Part shown: in pieces, positions 19,606-30,197 of the stretch
Numbering within the stretch: position 1 is the first letter of the stretch
How the letters are laid out: every line of letters begins with the position of its first letter
NCBI GenBank assembly: GCA_943788195.1
Contig: CALSPH010000002.1
Location: forward strand, 294,294-358,293
Direction of reading: 5' to 3'
From: an uncultured Bacteroidia bacterium
Lineage (GTDB): Bacteria > Bacteroidota > Bacteroidia > NS11-12g > UBA955
Length of the DNA: 64,000 bases
Notes under the pieces: generated by a model
Told to the model about the DNA's origin: nothing
What the model saw: the letters and a program-made list of their open reading frames with translations, nothing else
Databases searched by the model: none
Made by a program: the position numbers and the translations under genes

Positions 19606-21231
19606 ATGCGCTACATGCTCTGCCAAACTGACCCCATAGTTGGGGACATTGAGGGCAACAAAACGAAAATTCTCGCCGATATTAACCAAGCTAGAAACGA
19701 AAATTGCGATTTTGTAATATTTCCAGAACTTAGCATTTGCGGTTATCCACCGGATGACCTTTTAGATTATTCCTCCTTTGTAGATCGATGTGAAAATGCT
19801 ATTAATGAAATAGCTCTTCAAAGCAAAGGTATCACTATCATTATAGGCGGCATAGAACGTAATAAAGGCGTGGGTCGCAAACTATTTAACACCGCGTTTA
19901 TCCTACAAAATGGATTGATCATTGAGCGTATACATAAAACATTACTACCCACATATGATATTTTTACTGAGCATAGGTATTTTGAAGCCAATGCGGAATT
20001 CAAACTAATTTCAATCAATGGGTTACAAATTGCAGTGAGTATTTGTGAAGATTTATGGGACAGGCATAATTCATTTGAATATATCCAAAGTCCAGTTAAC
20101 CAACTTGCTAAATTAAAACCAGATTTGCATATTAATATTTGCGCATCGCCTTTCCATTTAACAAAATTTAAGAAACGTCAAGAAGTTATTGAAGATTGTG
20201 TTGCAAGACAGGATTGTCCTCTCATCTATTTAAACCAATCCGCAGCACACACTGGCATTTTATTCGACGGTGATAGTGGGGTGTATAATAAACAAGCCCA
20301 GAAAGTGTTGGATTTGCCTCTTTTTCAAGAGGCTACGGCCATATATGACGATGCTGTTCACAATGTACCCATACAAGACCATGACTATGATGATGACATG
20401 GCTATACTTTATCAAGCATTGGTTTTTGGTATTCGATCCTACTTTGAGAAAATGGGTTTTGCTAAAAAGGCACTACTCGGAAGCAGTGGAGGTATTGATT
20501 CAGCGGTCATTCAAGCATTAGGGAGTGCTGCGCTTGGGGCAGAAAATGTACTAGCCGTGCTTATGCCTTCAGAATTTAGCAGTGATGGTAGTATTACAGA
20601 TGCGGAAAAACTTAGTAAAATATTAGGCAACCCCTATGAAATATTGCCAATTAAGAACGCCTACGACAGCATACTGAACATTGTTCAACCCATCTTTAAG
20701 GACACTCCTTTCTCTGTTGCCGAAGAGAATATTCAAGCACGTAGTAGAGGGCTCATACTAATGGCAATAAGTAATAAAACTGGAAGATTCTTGCTAAACA
20801 CTAGTAATAAAAGCGAGATGGCTGTAGGCTATACTACTTTGTATGGCGATATGTGTGGAGGATTATGTGCTATTGGTGATGTATACAAAACGCAATTATA
20901 TGAATTGGCTAAATACATCAATCGAAATGAGGAAATCATTCCATGGAGTATTATCAATAAGGCTCCGTCTGCTGAATTAAGACCTGATCAAAAGGACAGC
21001 GACTCTCTGCCTGAGTATAACCTATTGGATCAAATACTTGAATTGTATATAGAAGACCAGTTAGGGAAAGAGGAAATTATTCAATTAGGTTATGATTCAC
21101 AGATCGTTAACCGAGTTGTTGATTTAGTAAATCGAAATGATTTTAAACGCTGGCAGGCTGCACCCGTGATTAAAGTAAGTACCAAGGATTTCTCTTATGG
21201 CCGAAAAATGCCATTGGTTGCTAAGCACTAA
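19606..21231 (+). CDS. nadE: Glutamine-dependent NAD+ synthetase
   Basis: Nitrilase domain (FPEL..GYPP, ICEDLW) plus SGGIDSA, NIQARSRG, NKSEMAVGYTTLYGD, PSAELRPDQKD. Confidence 0.96.
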   Translation: MRYMLCQTDPIVGDIEGNKTKILADINQARNENCDFVIFPELSICGYPPDDLLDYSSFVDRCENAINEIALQSKGITIIIGGIERNKGVGRKLFNTAFILQNGLIIERIHKTLLPTYDIFTEHRYFEANAEFKLISINGLQIAVSICEDLWDRHNSFEYIQSPVNQLAKLKPDLHINICASPFHLTKFKKRQEVIEDCVARQDCPLIYLNQSAAHTGILFDGDSGVYNKQAQKVLDLPLFQEATAIYDDAVHNVPIQDHDYDDDMAILYQALVFGIRSYFEKMGFAKKALLGSSGGIDSAVIQALGSAALGAENVLAVLMPSEFSSDGSITDAEKLSKILGNPYEILPIKNAYDSILNIVQPIFKDTPFSVAEENIQARSRGLILMAISNKTGRFLLNTSNKSEMAVGYTTLYGDMCGGLCAIGDVYKTQLYELAKYINRNEEIIPWSIINKAPSAELRPDQKDSDSLPEYNLLDQILELYIEDQLGKEEIIQLGYDSQIVNRVVDLVNRNDFKRWQAAPVIKVSTKDFSYGRKMPLVAKH

Positions 21232-21257
21232 TAAATCTGTTTAAATATTTTTCTTAT

Positions 21258-21443
21258 TTAACTAACAAACAAATGTTGATGTTTTACATTTAGTAAAAGT
21301 TCCTTCGCCAAAACTGAAAGTTTATCCTCAAAATCAGACTCTACCGAAAGTCCTTCACTAGCAATCTTTTTGCGCTGTTTAACGATAGATTCTTTCTCAG
21401 ACTCATCGATTAACAGGTTGATATTGTTCATTTCAATTGACAC
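21258..21443 (-). CDS. Small hypothetical protein (61 aa)
   Basis: Fills the intergenic gap; TAATTTTG -7 box at 21455-21448 ends 5 nt before the GTG. Confidence 0.5.
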   Translation of the reverse strand: MSIEMNNINLLIDESEKESIVKQRKKIASEGLSVESDFEDKLSVLAKELLLNVKHQHLFVS

Positions 21444-21567
21444 ACCTCAAAATTAAACAAAAAATAGCACAATACACCTTAAGTTTTCAACAAATAAGTA
21501 CTTTTTAGTAAAAATGGGCTGTATAAGTGCCCCCAAGCAAGCTGCTTTAATATGCTATATTTACAAA

Positions 21568-24045
21568 GTGAAAACCCCTCTTAAATTACTTATCCTAGCC
21601 TTAATCCTTGTGGTTATTGGGATATTTATTAAGAATAGCTATGCCAAACAAGAGGAAAAGATGAGTGCAGCGCATTCTAAAAAAGTTGAGCACCATACTG
21701 CATCCTTTTTAAAAGCAAGCACAAATAATTGCACGCAATGTCATGAAGGAATAGAAGACATTAGAAACAATGAATCTGGTATGATGCAGGCCATATTGAA
21801 AAAGGCAAAAATATCTGGATTCGAAGGAAATGATTGTATCATCTGCCACGGGGGCAACCCCAATACGAATAATAAAAATCTGGCACATCAAGGTTCTCCT
21901 ATATACTTCAAGGAGAACAAAGGACCAAAAGCATTTTACCCAGACCCGGGTAGTCCTTGGATTAATGAAAACACGTGCGGTATGTGTCACCAAGAACAAG
22001 TTGCGGTTCAATTTAATTCATTGATGGCTACCGAGGCAGGCAAGATTCAAGGTTCACAGTGGGGTTTTGGAGCGCCCAATGGATATAATCATGATTGGGC
22101 CAATTTTGATGTGGAAGAGAAACCCATTCATAAACGATTGGGTACGGAGGTGTACAAAAAATATATGCAACAACTTCAGGAAGCCGAACCACAAGTGTTT
22201 CCAAAAAAAATGCATGAACTGCCAAAAGCACCTACCAAAGACGAGGTAGAGAAAAATCCAAGTTTAGCAATGTTTACCTATATCCGACAGGAATGCCAAC
22301 GTTGTCACACAGCAAGTAAAGGAAGAGAAAAAGTAGGTGAGTTTAGAGGTATAGGTTGCAGTAGTTGCCATATTCCATACTCCAGCAAGGGTTACTACGA
22401 AGGAAAAGATAAGCAAATAGACAAAAGCAAGCCTGGGCACATTCTAGTGCATAATTTACAAGGCACCCGAGAATGCGTGGTGAGTGTAAACAATAAATCA
22501 TATACTGGCATTCCTTCTAAAACCTGTGTTACCTGCCACAACCGCGGAAGGAGAATTGGTCCATCGTTTATGGGTTTAATGGAAACCGCATATAAGTCGC
22601 CATTTATGTCTTATGGAGAAGATCAAGAACAGGTAATGGGCAAGAATTACTTACACCTGCATGCCGATTTACATAAAGACATTGGTATGCTTTGTCAAGA
22701 TTGCCATACCAGCCAAGATGTGCACAGCGATGGGCTTCTTGCAGGCACCACGATGGCCCCTGTTGAAATCGAATGTCAAGATTGCCATGGCACCCCTAAT
22801 AAATACCCTTGGGAACTTCCTATTGGGTATGGAGATGAGGTTACCGGTTCTGTACCAGCAACGGGTAAAGGACGTGGCGTAGCAGACTCCTTTGCAGCTT
22901 ATTTAAGAAAAGGCACCGTATACCCTAAAGAAGATGGTTATTTGCTGTCTGCAAGAGGAAACCCAATCCCCAAAATGGTTAAAAAGGGCAATAAGGTGCT
23001 CTTGCATAGTGCAGGTGGGAAAGATTTTCTATTCTCACCATTAAAAACCCTGCTCAAAGAAGATAAGCTAAGTGAAGATGCAAAAATTGCGATGGTTAGT
23101 ATCGATGGACATATAGACAATTTGGAATGCTATGCTTGCCATGATGATTGGGCTCCACAATGTTATGGATGCCATATAAAAGTAGATTATTCTGGAGATG
23201 ATAAAAAAACAGATTGGGTGGCTACAACAACGGATCCGGATAAAAATGGATTAGCTTCTGACGCCAAACTCAACTTAACTAAATTTCTAATTGAAGGAAC
23301 CGTTACAGAACAAAGGAGTTATTTGAGATTTGAAGACCCGCCTTTAGCCGTGAACGGAGAACATCGCGTTAGCCCTTCAATACCCGGTTGTCAAACAACG
23401 GTAACTGTGATAGGAAAGGACGGGAAACCCCTTATTCTGAACAAGATATTTAGAATTAAGGACATGGAAAATGGTGGCACACATGGACAAAAAGCACTTG
23501 ATATGGCCGTGTTACACCCGCATACCGTTTCTAAGAAAGGGCGCAGTTGTGAAAGTTGCCATGGCAACCCTAAAGCAATGGGATATGGCATTGCTGAAGG
23601 AAAGATATTTTCAGATCCGTCTAAAGGATATGGCATAGATATAACCAATCCTGAAGGTGAATACATGGCGAAAAACTTTACAGAACAGATCAATGCCATA
23701 CCAGATTTAGATCATGATTGGAGTCGCTTTGTTACTGAGGAAGGTGAGCAATTGCAAACTGTAGGACATCACTTAAGTGGTGAAAGACCACTGAACAATG
23801 CAGAACGTGCTAAACTAGATCGCAGAGGCACATGTAAATCTTGTCATAGCCTTGTTCCGGATAAAGATCCAGCAGCAGGACTGCTCTCTCATATAAAGGA
23901 TGTAGGTGGAATAAAAATAGATACTGATTTACACAACAACATTCTGAAAAAGAGTATTCGCTTGACCGCATGGGTGCAAGCAATCCTCATCTTATTAGCC
24001 CTTTTCTTTATAGGCCGATTTATAGTAAAACGAATTAATAAGTAA
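21568..24045 (+). CDS. Dodecaheme c-type cytochrome with N-terminal signal/anchor and C-terminal TM helix
   Basis: 12 CxxCH: CTQCH, CIICH, CGMCH, CQRCH, CSSCH, CVTCH, CQDCH x2, CYACH, CYGCH, CESCH, CKSCH. Start GTG 21568 (MKTPLKLLILALILVVIG) preferred over ATG 21514. Confidence 0.9.
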   Translation: MKTPLKLLILALILVVIGIFIKNSYAKQEEKMSAAHSKKVEHHTASFLKASTNNCTQCHEGIEDIRNNESGMMQAILKKAKISGFEGNDCIICHGGNPNTNNKNLAHQGSPIYFKENKGPKAFYPDPGSPWINENTCGMCHQEQVAVQFNSLMATEAGKIQGSQWGFGAPNGYNHDWANFDVEEKPIHKRLGTEVYKKYMQQLQEAEPQVFPKKMHELPKAPTKDEVEKNPSLAMFTYIRQECQRCHTASKGREKVGEFRGIGCSSCHIPYSSKGYYEGKDKQIDKSKPGHILVHNLQGTRECVVSVNNKSYTGIPSKTCVTCHNRGRRIGPSFMGLMETAYKSPFMSYGEDQEQVMGKNYLHLHADLHKDIGMLCQDCHTSQDVHSDGLLAGTTMAPVEIECQDCHGTPNKYPWELPIGYGDEVTGSVPATGKGRGVADSFAAYLRKGTVYPKEDGYLLSARGNPIPKMVKKGNKVLLHSAGGKDFLFSPLKTLLKEDKLSEDAKIAMVSIDGHIDNLECYACHDDWAPQCYGCHIKVDYSGDDKKTDWVATTTDPDKNGLASDAKLNLTKFLIEGTVTEQRSYLRFEDPPLAVNGEHRVSPSIPGCQTTVTVIGKDGKPLILNKIFRIKDMENGGTHGQKALDMAVLHPHTVSKKGRSCESCHGNPKAMGYGIAEGKIFSDPSKGYGIDITNPEGEYMAKNFTEQINAIPDLDHDWSRFVTEEGEQLQTVGHHLSGERPLNNAERAKLDRRGTCKSCHSLVPDKDPAAGLLSHIKDVGGIKIDTDLHNNILKKSIRLTAWVQAILILLALFFIGRFIVKRINK

Positions 24046-24161
24046 CCGTAGAAATAAATCTAGGCATTTAGAAAAAATGTGGTTTTCAGAACTGACTGGA
24101 TAACCCCATGAGCTTGAATGATTCTTTTATCAAACATAGGAGGCTGCTAACATAAGAATCC

Positions 24162-25241
24162 TTATATCAACTGATTGATCATAACATCTGAGACTTCGTT
24201 CAAATGAAGTTTTAGTTCCAAATCGCTTTTAATTTTGGCAGTTCGTTGAGGAGTGCAATTGGCCAAAGCTGCAATGATTTGATCCTGCTCCGCTTCACTC
24301 TGAATCAACTCTTCTACTGCTTCACGATTCAATATTAGATTAACTAAACTGATAAATTTAATTTTCACCAATCGCTTCCCTAAAAAATAGGATAGCGCAC
24401 TTGTTTTATAGACTACCACCTGTGGACATCCGATGAGTGCAGCTTCCAAAGTGGCGGTCCCACTGGTCACAATAGCTTTATCCGCAACCTTCAACAAGTC
24501 CCAAGTTTGCCCTTCGATAAGATTCGTCTCATTTATACTTGGGTCAATATTATAATAAACCTCTTTCTGTATTCCCGGAGCCTTTGCTATAACTGGATGA
24601 CAGGCTCCCAGTTGATGTGCTACTTTCATCATGGTTGGCAACATACGTTCGATCTCCTGCTTTCTACTTCCGGGCAATAGTGCTAAAACGGGTTTATGCG
24701 CATTAATCCCAAATTCAATATTGGAATATTCATATGAGCCAATTTCGGATAAGGTTGGATTGCCTACATAATAGGCTTCCTTAAATCCTTTGCCTCGAAA
24801 ATAATCTTCTTCAAAGGGCAGAATACAATATAGATAATCCACCCGTTCTTTAATCTTTTTGATACGCCATTCTGCCCAAGCCCATATTTTAGGCGCAATG
24901 TAATAATGAATTTCAATTTTACTCTGTTCCCGAATTCTTTTGGCCACGCGTAGATTAAAGCCCGATGAATCCACTAACAATAGTTTATCTGGATTGGACG
25001 CAATAATATCATCAACCACCTGATCCATGATCCACTTGAGCTTCTTTCGCTTTTTGAACACTTCCCAAAATCCCATTATGGCAATTTCCTTAAATGAAAA
25101 TTGTATATCAGCTCCTTGAGCCCGCATTTTCTCCCCTCCCATGCCTCTAAAAGAAATTGTCTCATTCACCTTTCTTAATTCAGAAATAAGATTTGCAGCG
25201 TGTAAATCTCCAGATGCCTCTCCTGCGATTACATAAATCAT
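24162..25241 (-). CDS. lpxB: Lipid-A-disaccharide synthase
   Basis: [46 protein letters not shown]. Confidence 0.95.
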   Translation of the reverse strand: MIYVIAGEASGDLHAANLISELRKVNETISFRGMGGEKMRAQGADIQFSFKEIAIMGFWEVFKKRKKLKWIMDQVVDDIIASNPDKLLLVDSSGFNLRVAKRIREQSKIEIHYYIAPKIWAWAEWRIKKIKERVDYLYCILPFEEDYFRGKGFKEAYYVGNPTLSEIGSYEYSNIEFGINAHKPVLALLPGSRKQEIERMLPTMMKVAHQLGACHPVIAKAPGIQKEVYYNIDPSINETNLIEGQTWDLLKVADKAIVTSGTATLEAALIGCPQVVVYKTSALSYFLGKRLVKIKFISLVNLILNREAVEELIQSEAEQDQIIAALANCTPQRTAKIKSDLELKLHLNEVSDVMINQLI

Positions 25242-25242
25242 A

Positions 25243-25542
25243 TTAAGCAAAATATTTAATGTAGACGATTAAGATGCCGGTAAGTATCGTTGCTATAAAA
25301 ACACCTCTTGCAATCAGTTCTTTTTTCAAAGCAATAAAGAGCATGAAAACAGCTAAGTTCAAAATTGCCCCTAAAGATAGTTTCTTACTCAACAAACCGG
25401 TGCTATATGACGTTTCAATATATTCAAGAACTTCATAATTGGAATAATGCACCAAATAGATTCCCATTACAATAATGCAGGGGCAGATTAAACCTACCAG
25501 CACACCAATTAACATTTTTGGAATCATTTCACTTGGCTTCAT
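25243..25542 (-). CDS. Hypothetical membrane protein (3 TM) in surE-lpxB operon
   Basis: Hydrophobic 99-aa ORF packed between surE and lpxB; LNLAVF..ARGV..AT. Confidence 0.7.
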   Translation of the reverse strand: MKPSEMIPKMLIGVLVGLICPCIIVMGIYLVHYSNYEVLEYIETSYSTGLLSKKLSLGAILNLAVFMLFIALKKELIARGVFIATILTGILIVYIKYFA

Positions 25543-25545
25543 ATC

Positions 25546-26313
25546 TTATTCTTCTAATGTCCAGGTATTGATTATGGATATTGCGGTGTGTGCTGTTAAA
25601 TCAAACTGGGTCGGCACTACACTCACAAACCCATTGCTCAGGGCCCATTCATCCGTATCAGTGCCTTTGTCTGGATTGACGAAATCTCCTTTCATCCAAT
25701 AATAGGTACGTCTAAATGGATCTTCACGTTTTAAGAAACTTTCATCCCAATGTGCGTTGGCCTGGCGACATACTTTTATGCCTTTAATTTCTGTTCCTGT
25801 TTTGGGGATATTTACATTGAGCAATACCCCTTTTGGCAAACCGTTTTTTAAGGTCTCTTTAGCCAAAAGTGTCACATATTTACGTGCATGGTCAAATACA
25901 GCGTCATGGGCATAATCGCATAATGAAAATCCAATTGCCGGCATATCATCTATCGCAGCTTCAACAGCTGCAGACATGGTACCTGAATAAATGACATTAA
26001 TTGAAGCATTGGACCCATGGTTAATTCCAGACACCATTAAATCAGGTTTTCTAGGCACCAACTTATCTAAAGCGATTTTAACACAATCTACTGGTGTACC
26101 GTTTACTTGATAGGCTTTGGTCTCACCAAACAAATCTACTTCGGCCACCCGCAAAGGACTATCCATGGTTATGGCATGTCCCATGCCACTTTGTGGACTA
26201 TCAGGTGCAACTACAATTACATCTCCCAATTGTTGCATCTCATGAACCAAAGTTCGAATTCCTTTTGCGGTAATTCCATCATCATTACTCACAAGTATTA
26301 AAGGCTTTTGCAT
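25546..26313 (-). CDS. surE: 5'/3'-nucleotidase SurE
   Basis: LVSNDDG, VVAPDSPQSG, GTPVDCV, SGINHGSN, YSGT; start ATG 26313. Confidence 0.96.
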   Translation of the reverse strand: MQKPLILVSNDDGITAKGIRTLVHEMQQLGDVIVVAPDSPQSGMGHAITMDSPLRVAEVDLFGETKAYQVNGTPVDCVKIALDKLVPRKPDLMVSGINHGSNASINVIYSGTMSAAVEAAIDDMPAIGFSLCDYAHDAVFDHARKYVTLLAKETLKNGLPKGVLLNVNIPKTGTEIKGIKVCRQANAHWDESFLKREDPFRRTYYWMKGDFVNPDKGTDTDEWALSNGFVSVVPTQFDLTAHTAISIINTWTLEE

Positions 26314-26424
26314 GTTTGGCAAAGATAGTTATTGATAGAAGAGTTTTTAGTTTTTGGGGATCCGATTTATTCACCTTCCATTGGATAGGTTCTCCAATGA
26401 ATATGTTATCGAAATTATTGAGAC

Positions 26425-26461
26425 AAAAAAAACTCCACTAACCGAGGGCTAGTGGAGTTTT
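26425..26461 (-). terminator. Rho-independent terminator of HU gene
   Basis: AAAACTCCACTA/TAGTGGAGTTTT stem with T8 tract on the minus strand. Confidence 0.85.
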
Positions 26462-26478
26462 AAATTTAGAAATTAATC

Positions 26479-26751
26479 TTAATTTACTGAACCAGACAAG
26501 CCAGCTCCAGCTTTAAATTTAGCAACTTTTTTAGCTGCAATTTTAATTTCTTTTCCAGTTCTTGGGTTTCTACCAGTTCTAGCTGATCTTTGGCTTACTG
26601 AGAAAGTACCAAATCCAATTAATCTAACGTCTCCGCCTTTAGATAATTCTTTAGTGATTGTGTTAGTTACAGCATCAACTGCTCTTCCTGCGTCTGCTTT
26701 AGACAAGTCAGCTTGACCTGCTACTGCATCAATTAATTCTTTTTTGTTCAT
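26479..26751 (-). CDS. hup: HU DNA-binding protein
   Basis: [33 protein letters not shown]. Confidence 0.95.
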   Translation of the reverse strand: MNKKELIDAVAGQADLSKADAGRAVDAVTNTITKELSKGGDVRLIGFGTFSVSQRSARTGRNPRTGKEIKIAAKKVAKFKAGAGLSGSVN

Positions 26752-26884
26752 GATTTATAATATTTTAAGTTTTGTTAATTAAACATACGCAATGTAGCAC
26801 CAGTATTGGGTTTGAGCAAATTATTGAATAATTTACTTGTCCACATACATACTAGTAGGTATCTTTGTGCCAATACGAAACATT

Positions 26885-27910
26885 ATGAATTATACTATAT
26901 TTGGAAATACTGGACTGAGAATCAGTGAGTTATGTCTTGGAACGATGACATTCGGAAATGCATGGGGCTGGGGTGCTGAAAAGTCCACTTCTCAGAAAAT
27001 TTTTGACTTATACACAGCCAAAGGTGGCAATTTTATTGACACTGCGAACCTTTATAGCAACGGATTAAGCGAAAAATACATCGGAGAATTCATAAAATCG
27101 GACCGGCACCATTATGTTGTTGGCACCAAATTCACCTTGAAAGATACCTTTGATAACCCGCCTAAAGATCCGAATAAAAGTGGTATGCATAAGAAGAACA
27201 TGATTCGCAGTGTAGAGGCTAGTTTGAAAAGATTGAATACAGAATTTATCGATATTCTTTGGGTACATGCATGGGATGAGTTTACTTCAGTTCAGGAGTT
27301 GATGAAAAATTTAGAGCAGTTGGTTCTATCGGGAAAGGTTTTACATATAGCTATTTCAGATAGTCCAGCATGGAATGTATCTCAAGCCAATATGTTAGCA
27401 GAGTTGAAAGGCTGGTCATCTTTTGCAGGACTGCAAGTGGAGTATAGTCTGATCCAACGAAGTGCGGAAAGGGACCTTATACCTATGGCCAATAAGCTTG
27501 GTCTAACCGTAACCCCATGGTCTCCCCTAGGAGGAGGTATCCTTTCTGGGAAATATAAGACTGGGAAAGAAAAAGGCCGCGCTAACCAAGGAAGTCGTTT
27601 AACCCCTAAACGTCTTCAAATTGCACAAACCGTAGCACAAGTTGCCAAAGACATTGGAGCTCAGCCTTCGCAGGTCGCCATTAAATGGATGATGCAAAAG
27701 CATAATAACGTAGTACCTATTGTGGGAGCCCGAACCATTCAACAAGCTAAAAGCAATTTAGGCGTGTTAGACATACAATTACCTGAAGAAGCAATGCAGC
27801 AACTGGATGAGGTAAGTGCTATAGAACTGGGCTTCCCTCACGACTTCTTAAAAAGTGACAATGTAAAAAGCATAGTGTATAGCGATACCTATGATCGGAT
27901 CAAGCGATGA
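26885..27910 (+). CDS. Aldo/keto reductase
   Basis: LCLGTMTFG, FIDTANLY, SLKRLNTEFIDILWVH, WSPLGGG, PIVGART; start ATG 26885. Confidence 0.93.
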   Translation: MNYTIFGNTGLRISELCLGTMTFGNAWGWGAEKSTSQKIFDLYTAKGGNFIDTANLYSNGLSEKYIGEFIKSDRHHYVVGTKFTLKDTFDNPPKDPNKSGMHKKNMIRSVEASLKRLNTEFIDILWVHAWDEFTSVQELMKNLEQLVLSGKVLHIAISDSPAWNVSQANMLAELKGWSSFAGLQVEYSLIQRSAERDLIPMANKLGLTVTPWSPLGGGILSGKYKTGKEKGRANQGSRLTPKRLQIAQTVAQVAKDIGAQPSQVAIKWMMQKHNNVVPIVGARTIQQAKSNLGVLDIQLPEEAMQQLDEVSAIELGFPHDFLKSDNVKSIVYSDTYDRIKR

Positions 27911-28494
27911 AAAACACGCGCAGTATAATCATACAGACCGCATTTGAGGCCATTCATAAAAATGGGTTTCATCAATTACGCATTGATAAGGAAATTGCCA
28001 AATTGGGAATTACCAAGGGAGCATTTTACCATTATTTTAAAAGCAAAGGTGAATTATTAAAAGCCGTTATAATTGAGATCTTAGGACCGGGATTTGTGAA
28101 ACCCTGGAAATCTCTTGTGCATTCAGAAGAACATATCATTGATGCTATTCAACATCTGTTGCAAAACCATATTGACCAATCCTCGCTAGCCGAGATTAAA
28201 TACGGCTGCATTTACAATAACTTAGTACATGAAGTCTCGGTAGAATTGCCTGAAGTACGCGAGGTACTATTAGTGTATTTCGAAGAAATACTATCCTACT
28301 TGGAACAAGCCATTTCACAAGGAATAGTAAAAGATCAAATTAAACCTTCCTTAAAACCGAATGATCTTTCCTTATTAATCATGTCAGTCTATAATGGAAG
28401 TAACTCCATGAATAAATTGTATCAAAAATCTACCCCCTACAAAAAATCAATTAAATCAATCATATTATTATTAGAAAGTATACGCAATGAATAA
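27907..28494 (+). CDS. TetR/AcrR family transcriptional regulator
   Basis: HTH LGITKGAFYHYFKSKGEL; GC motif (YGCIYNN) typical of NemR-like TetRs. Confidence 0.88.
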   Translation: MKNTRSIIIQTAFEAIHKNGFHQLRIDKEIAKLGITKGAFYHYFKSKGELLKAVIIEILGPGFVKPWKSLVHSEEHIIDAIQHLLQNHIDQSSLAEIKYGCIYNNLVHEVSVELPEVREVLLVYFEEILSYLEQAISQGIVKDQIKPSLKPNDLSLLIMSVYNGSNSMNKLYQKSTPYKKSIKSIILLLESIRNE

Positions 28495-29068
28495 AAGAAC
28501 AAATCTTAAAAAATATTTTGAAACAGGAATTGACTACAATCAATATCTTAATAATGAAGAAGCGCTTATTCAATCGACTGAAGAATTTGAATTTCGCCCC
28601 TATCATGAGTTGAATGAACGTAGAATGAAGCGGAATAATAAAATCGCTGAAAAAAGCATTCAAATAAGCGCTTCACAAAAAGAAATGCTAACCAACAAAA
28701 AAATATTGATTATTACGGAAGGATGGTGCGGTGATGCCTCACAAATCGTTCCTTATGCCGTGAAAATTGGTGAAAAAGCGGATATAGAAGTGAAATTAGT
28801 GTACCGAGATAAAAACACCGAATTGATGAATGAGTATCTCACCAATGGAGGAATGGCAATCCCGGTGGTCATTTTAGCAGATGAAAACTATGAGCCGATT
28901 GATTATTTTGCCCCTAGACCAAAAGAAGCACAAGAATTGATGCTAAAAATGAAAGCAGACGATACGCCAAAAGATGAGATTAGTACTGAATTACAAAAGT
29001 GGTACAACAGCGATAAGGGTGCACAAACCATTCAAGAAATTATGGCCATGACCGAACTTACCGTGTAA
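28487..29068 (+). CDS. Thioredoxin-family protein (single-Cys WCGDA)
   Basis: TEGWCGDA, RD..LM..YLTNGGMAIP, PRP, LQKWYN.DKG. Confidence 0.85.
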   Translation: MNKRTNLKKYFETGIDYNQYLNNEEALIQSTEEFEFRPYHELNERRMKRNNKIAEKSIQISASQKEMLTNKKILIITEGWCGDASQIVPYAVKIGEKADIEVKLVYRDKNTELMNEYLTNGGMAIPVVILADENYEPIDYFAPRPKEAQELMLKMKADDTPKDEISTELQKWYNSDKGAQTIQEIMAMTELTV

Positions 29069-30146
29069 CTTGACCGTCTACACTGATATTCAATTTCTGT
29101 AGGTACGGATCATTTAATAACAAGTAACCTGTTTTACGCTGTCTGCCCTTGCGATTGATTGAGTCAAACACAACGGTAACGACTGCTTTCTCACCAGGTG
29201 CAATTTGAGCTTTATCTACACTTATTCTCATGCAAGCACAAGGTGAAAAAATCTTCTTCACTTTAAGTGTATCACCTCCTGTATTGGTCAAATGAATGGT
29301 GTCTCTTGCGGTTGCTCCTGAAGCAATCGTGCCATATAATATTAACACCTTTCCTACTATGGCTTTCGGCTGCTCTAATTTCCATTTCCTTAGCTTGCGT
29401 TTCGATTTTGGCGGTGTTTCAAAATAAGGCACAACAAATCCTTGAAGTAAAACCATTTTAGAAGCATTGGCCTTATCATTTGTATTAATAAAAAAGTACT
29501 TCTTCACCGGTCCATAATCGTAAAACTGAGCTCCATTTAAGGTGAAAAATATCTCCTTTTGCTCTCCGGGCTTGAGTATGAATGAATTCGTATTTGCTGT
29601 GATCCAATTTGGGAGGTTGCGAAAACCCAAAACAGTTCGATTGAATTCACCATCATTCATAACAATAATAGAGAACGTTCGTTTTTCATTATCATTCAGC
29701 GTATCAAAATACAATACTTTCTTATTAAGGTATAAATCGCTTGCCGTTCTTGTGACATTGAATTGTTTATTCTGATCGGGTTGAACATCGCCAGCTATAT
29801 AAACCATGGTGATAGTGGGGTTGCTATTGGAGTGAATCGCAATCTTTTTTTGAAATTGCCCTACACGCCCTTGTGCTTTATATTTCACTTTCATCACCGC
29901 ACTTTCTCCTGGGGCAATTACTTTTTTACTAATTTCTGGAACTGTACACCCGCATTCAGGTTGAACCTCAGTAATACGCAAAGTATCTTTCCCTGCATTG
30001 CTTATTGTAAAAAGACAAGTAGCCCGATCGGACTCATAGATCTTCCCATAATTATGCAGTTCCTTATCTACCAGCAATTTTGCTTGTCCAAACAGTTGAG
30101 CACATACCAATAAACTTAAACTTAGCAGGATTACTTTTCTCATCAT
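29058..30146 (-). CDS. DUF1573 Ig-like repeat protein
   Basis: Signal peptide; three Ig-like units, including N.G...L.I..V..ECGCT...IAPGE and N.G...L......PCAC...IAPGE. Confidence 0.85.
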   Translation of the reverse strand: MMRKVILLSLSLLVCAQLFGQAKLLVDKELHNYGKIYESDRATCLFTISNAGKDTLRITEVQPECGCTVPEISKKVIAPGESAVMKVKYKAQGRVGQFQKKIAIHSNSNPTITMVYIAGDVQPDQNKQFNVTRTASDLYLNKKVLYFDTLNDNEKRTFSIIVMNDGEFNRTVLGFRNLPNWITANTNSFILKPGEQKEIFFTLNGAQFYDYGPVKKYFFINTNDKANASKMVLLQGFVVPYFETPPKSKRKLRKWKLEQPKAIVGKVLILYGTIASGATARDTIHLTNTGGDTLKVKKIFSPCACMRISVDKAQIAPGEKAVVTVVFDSINRKGRQRKTGYLLLNDPYLQKLNISVDGQVTR

Positions 30147-30197
30147 CTATTCAATTACAAACAAGATGCCATTTATAGTTATAAAGTTGTTTTGCAT

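Noticed and set aside
24046-24161. 25-aa minus-strand micro-ORF (MFDKRII..) between the cytochrome gene and lpxB
   Set aside because: No promoter, terminator or motif support.
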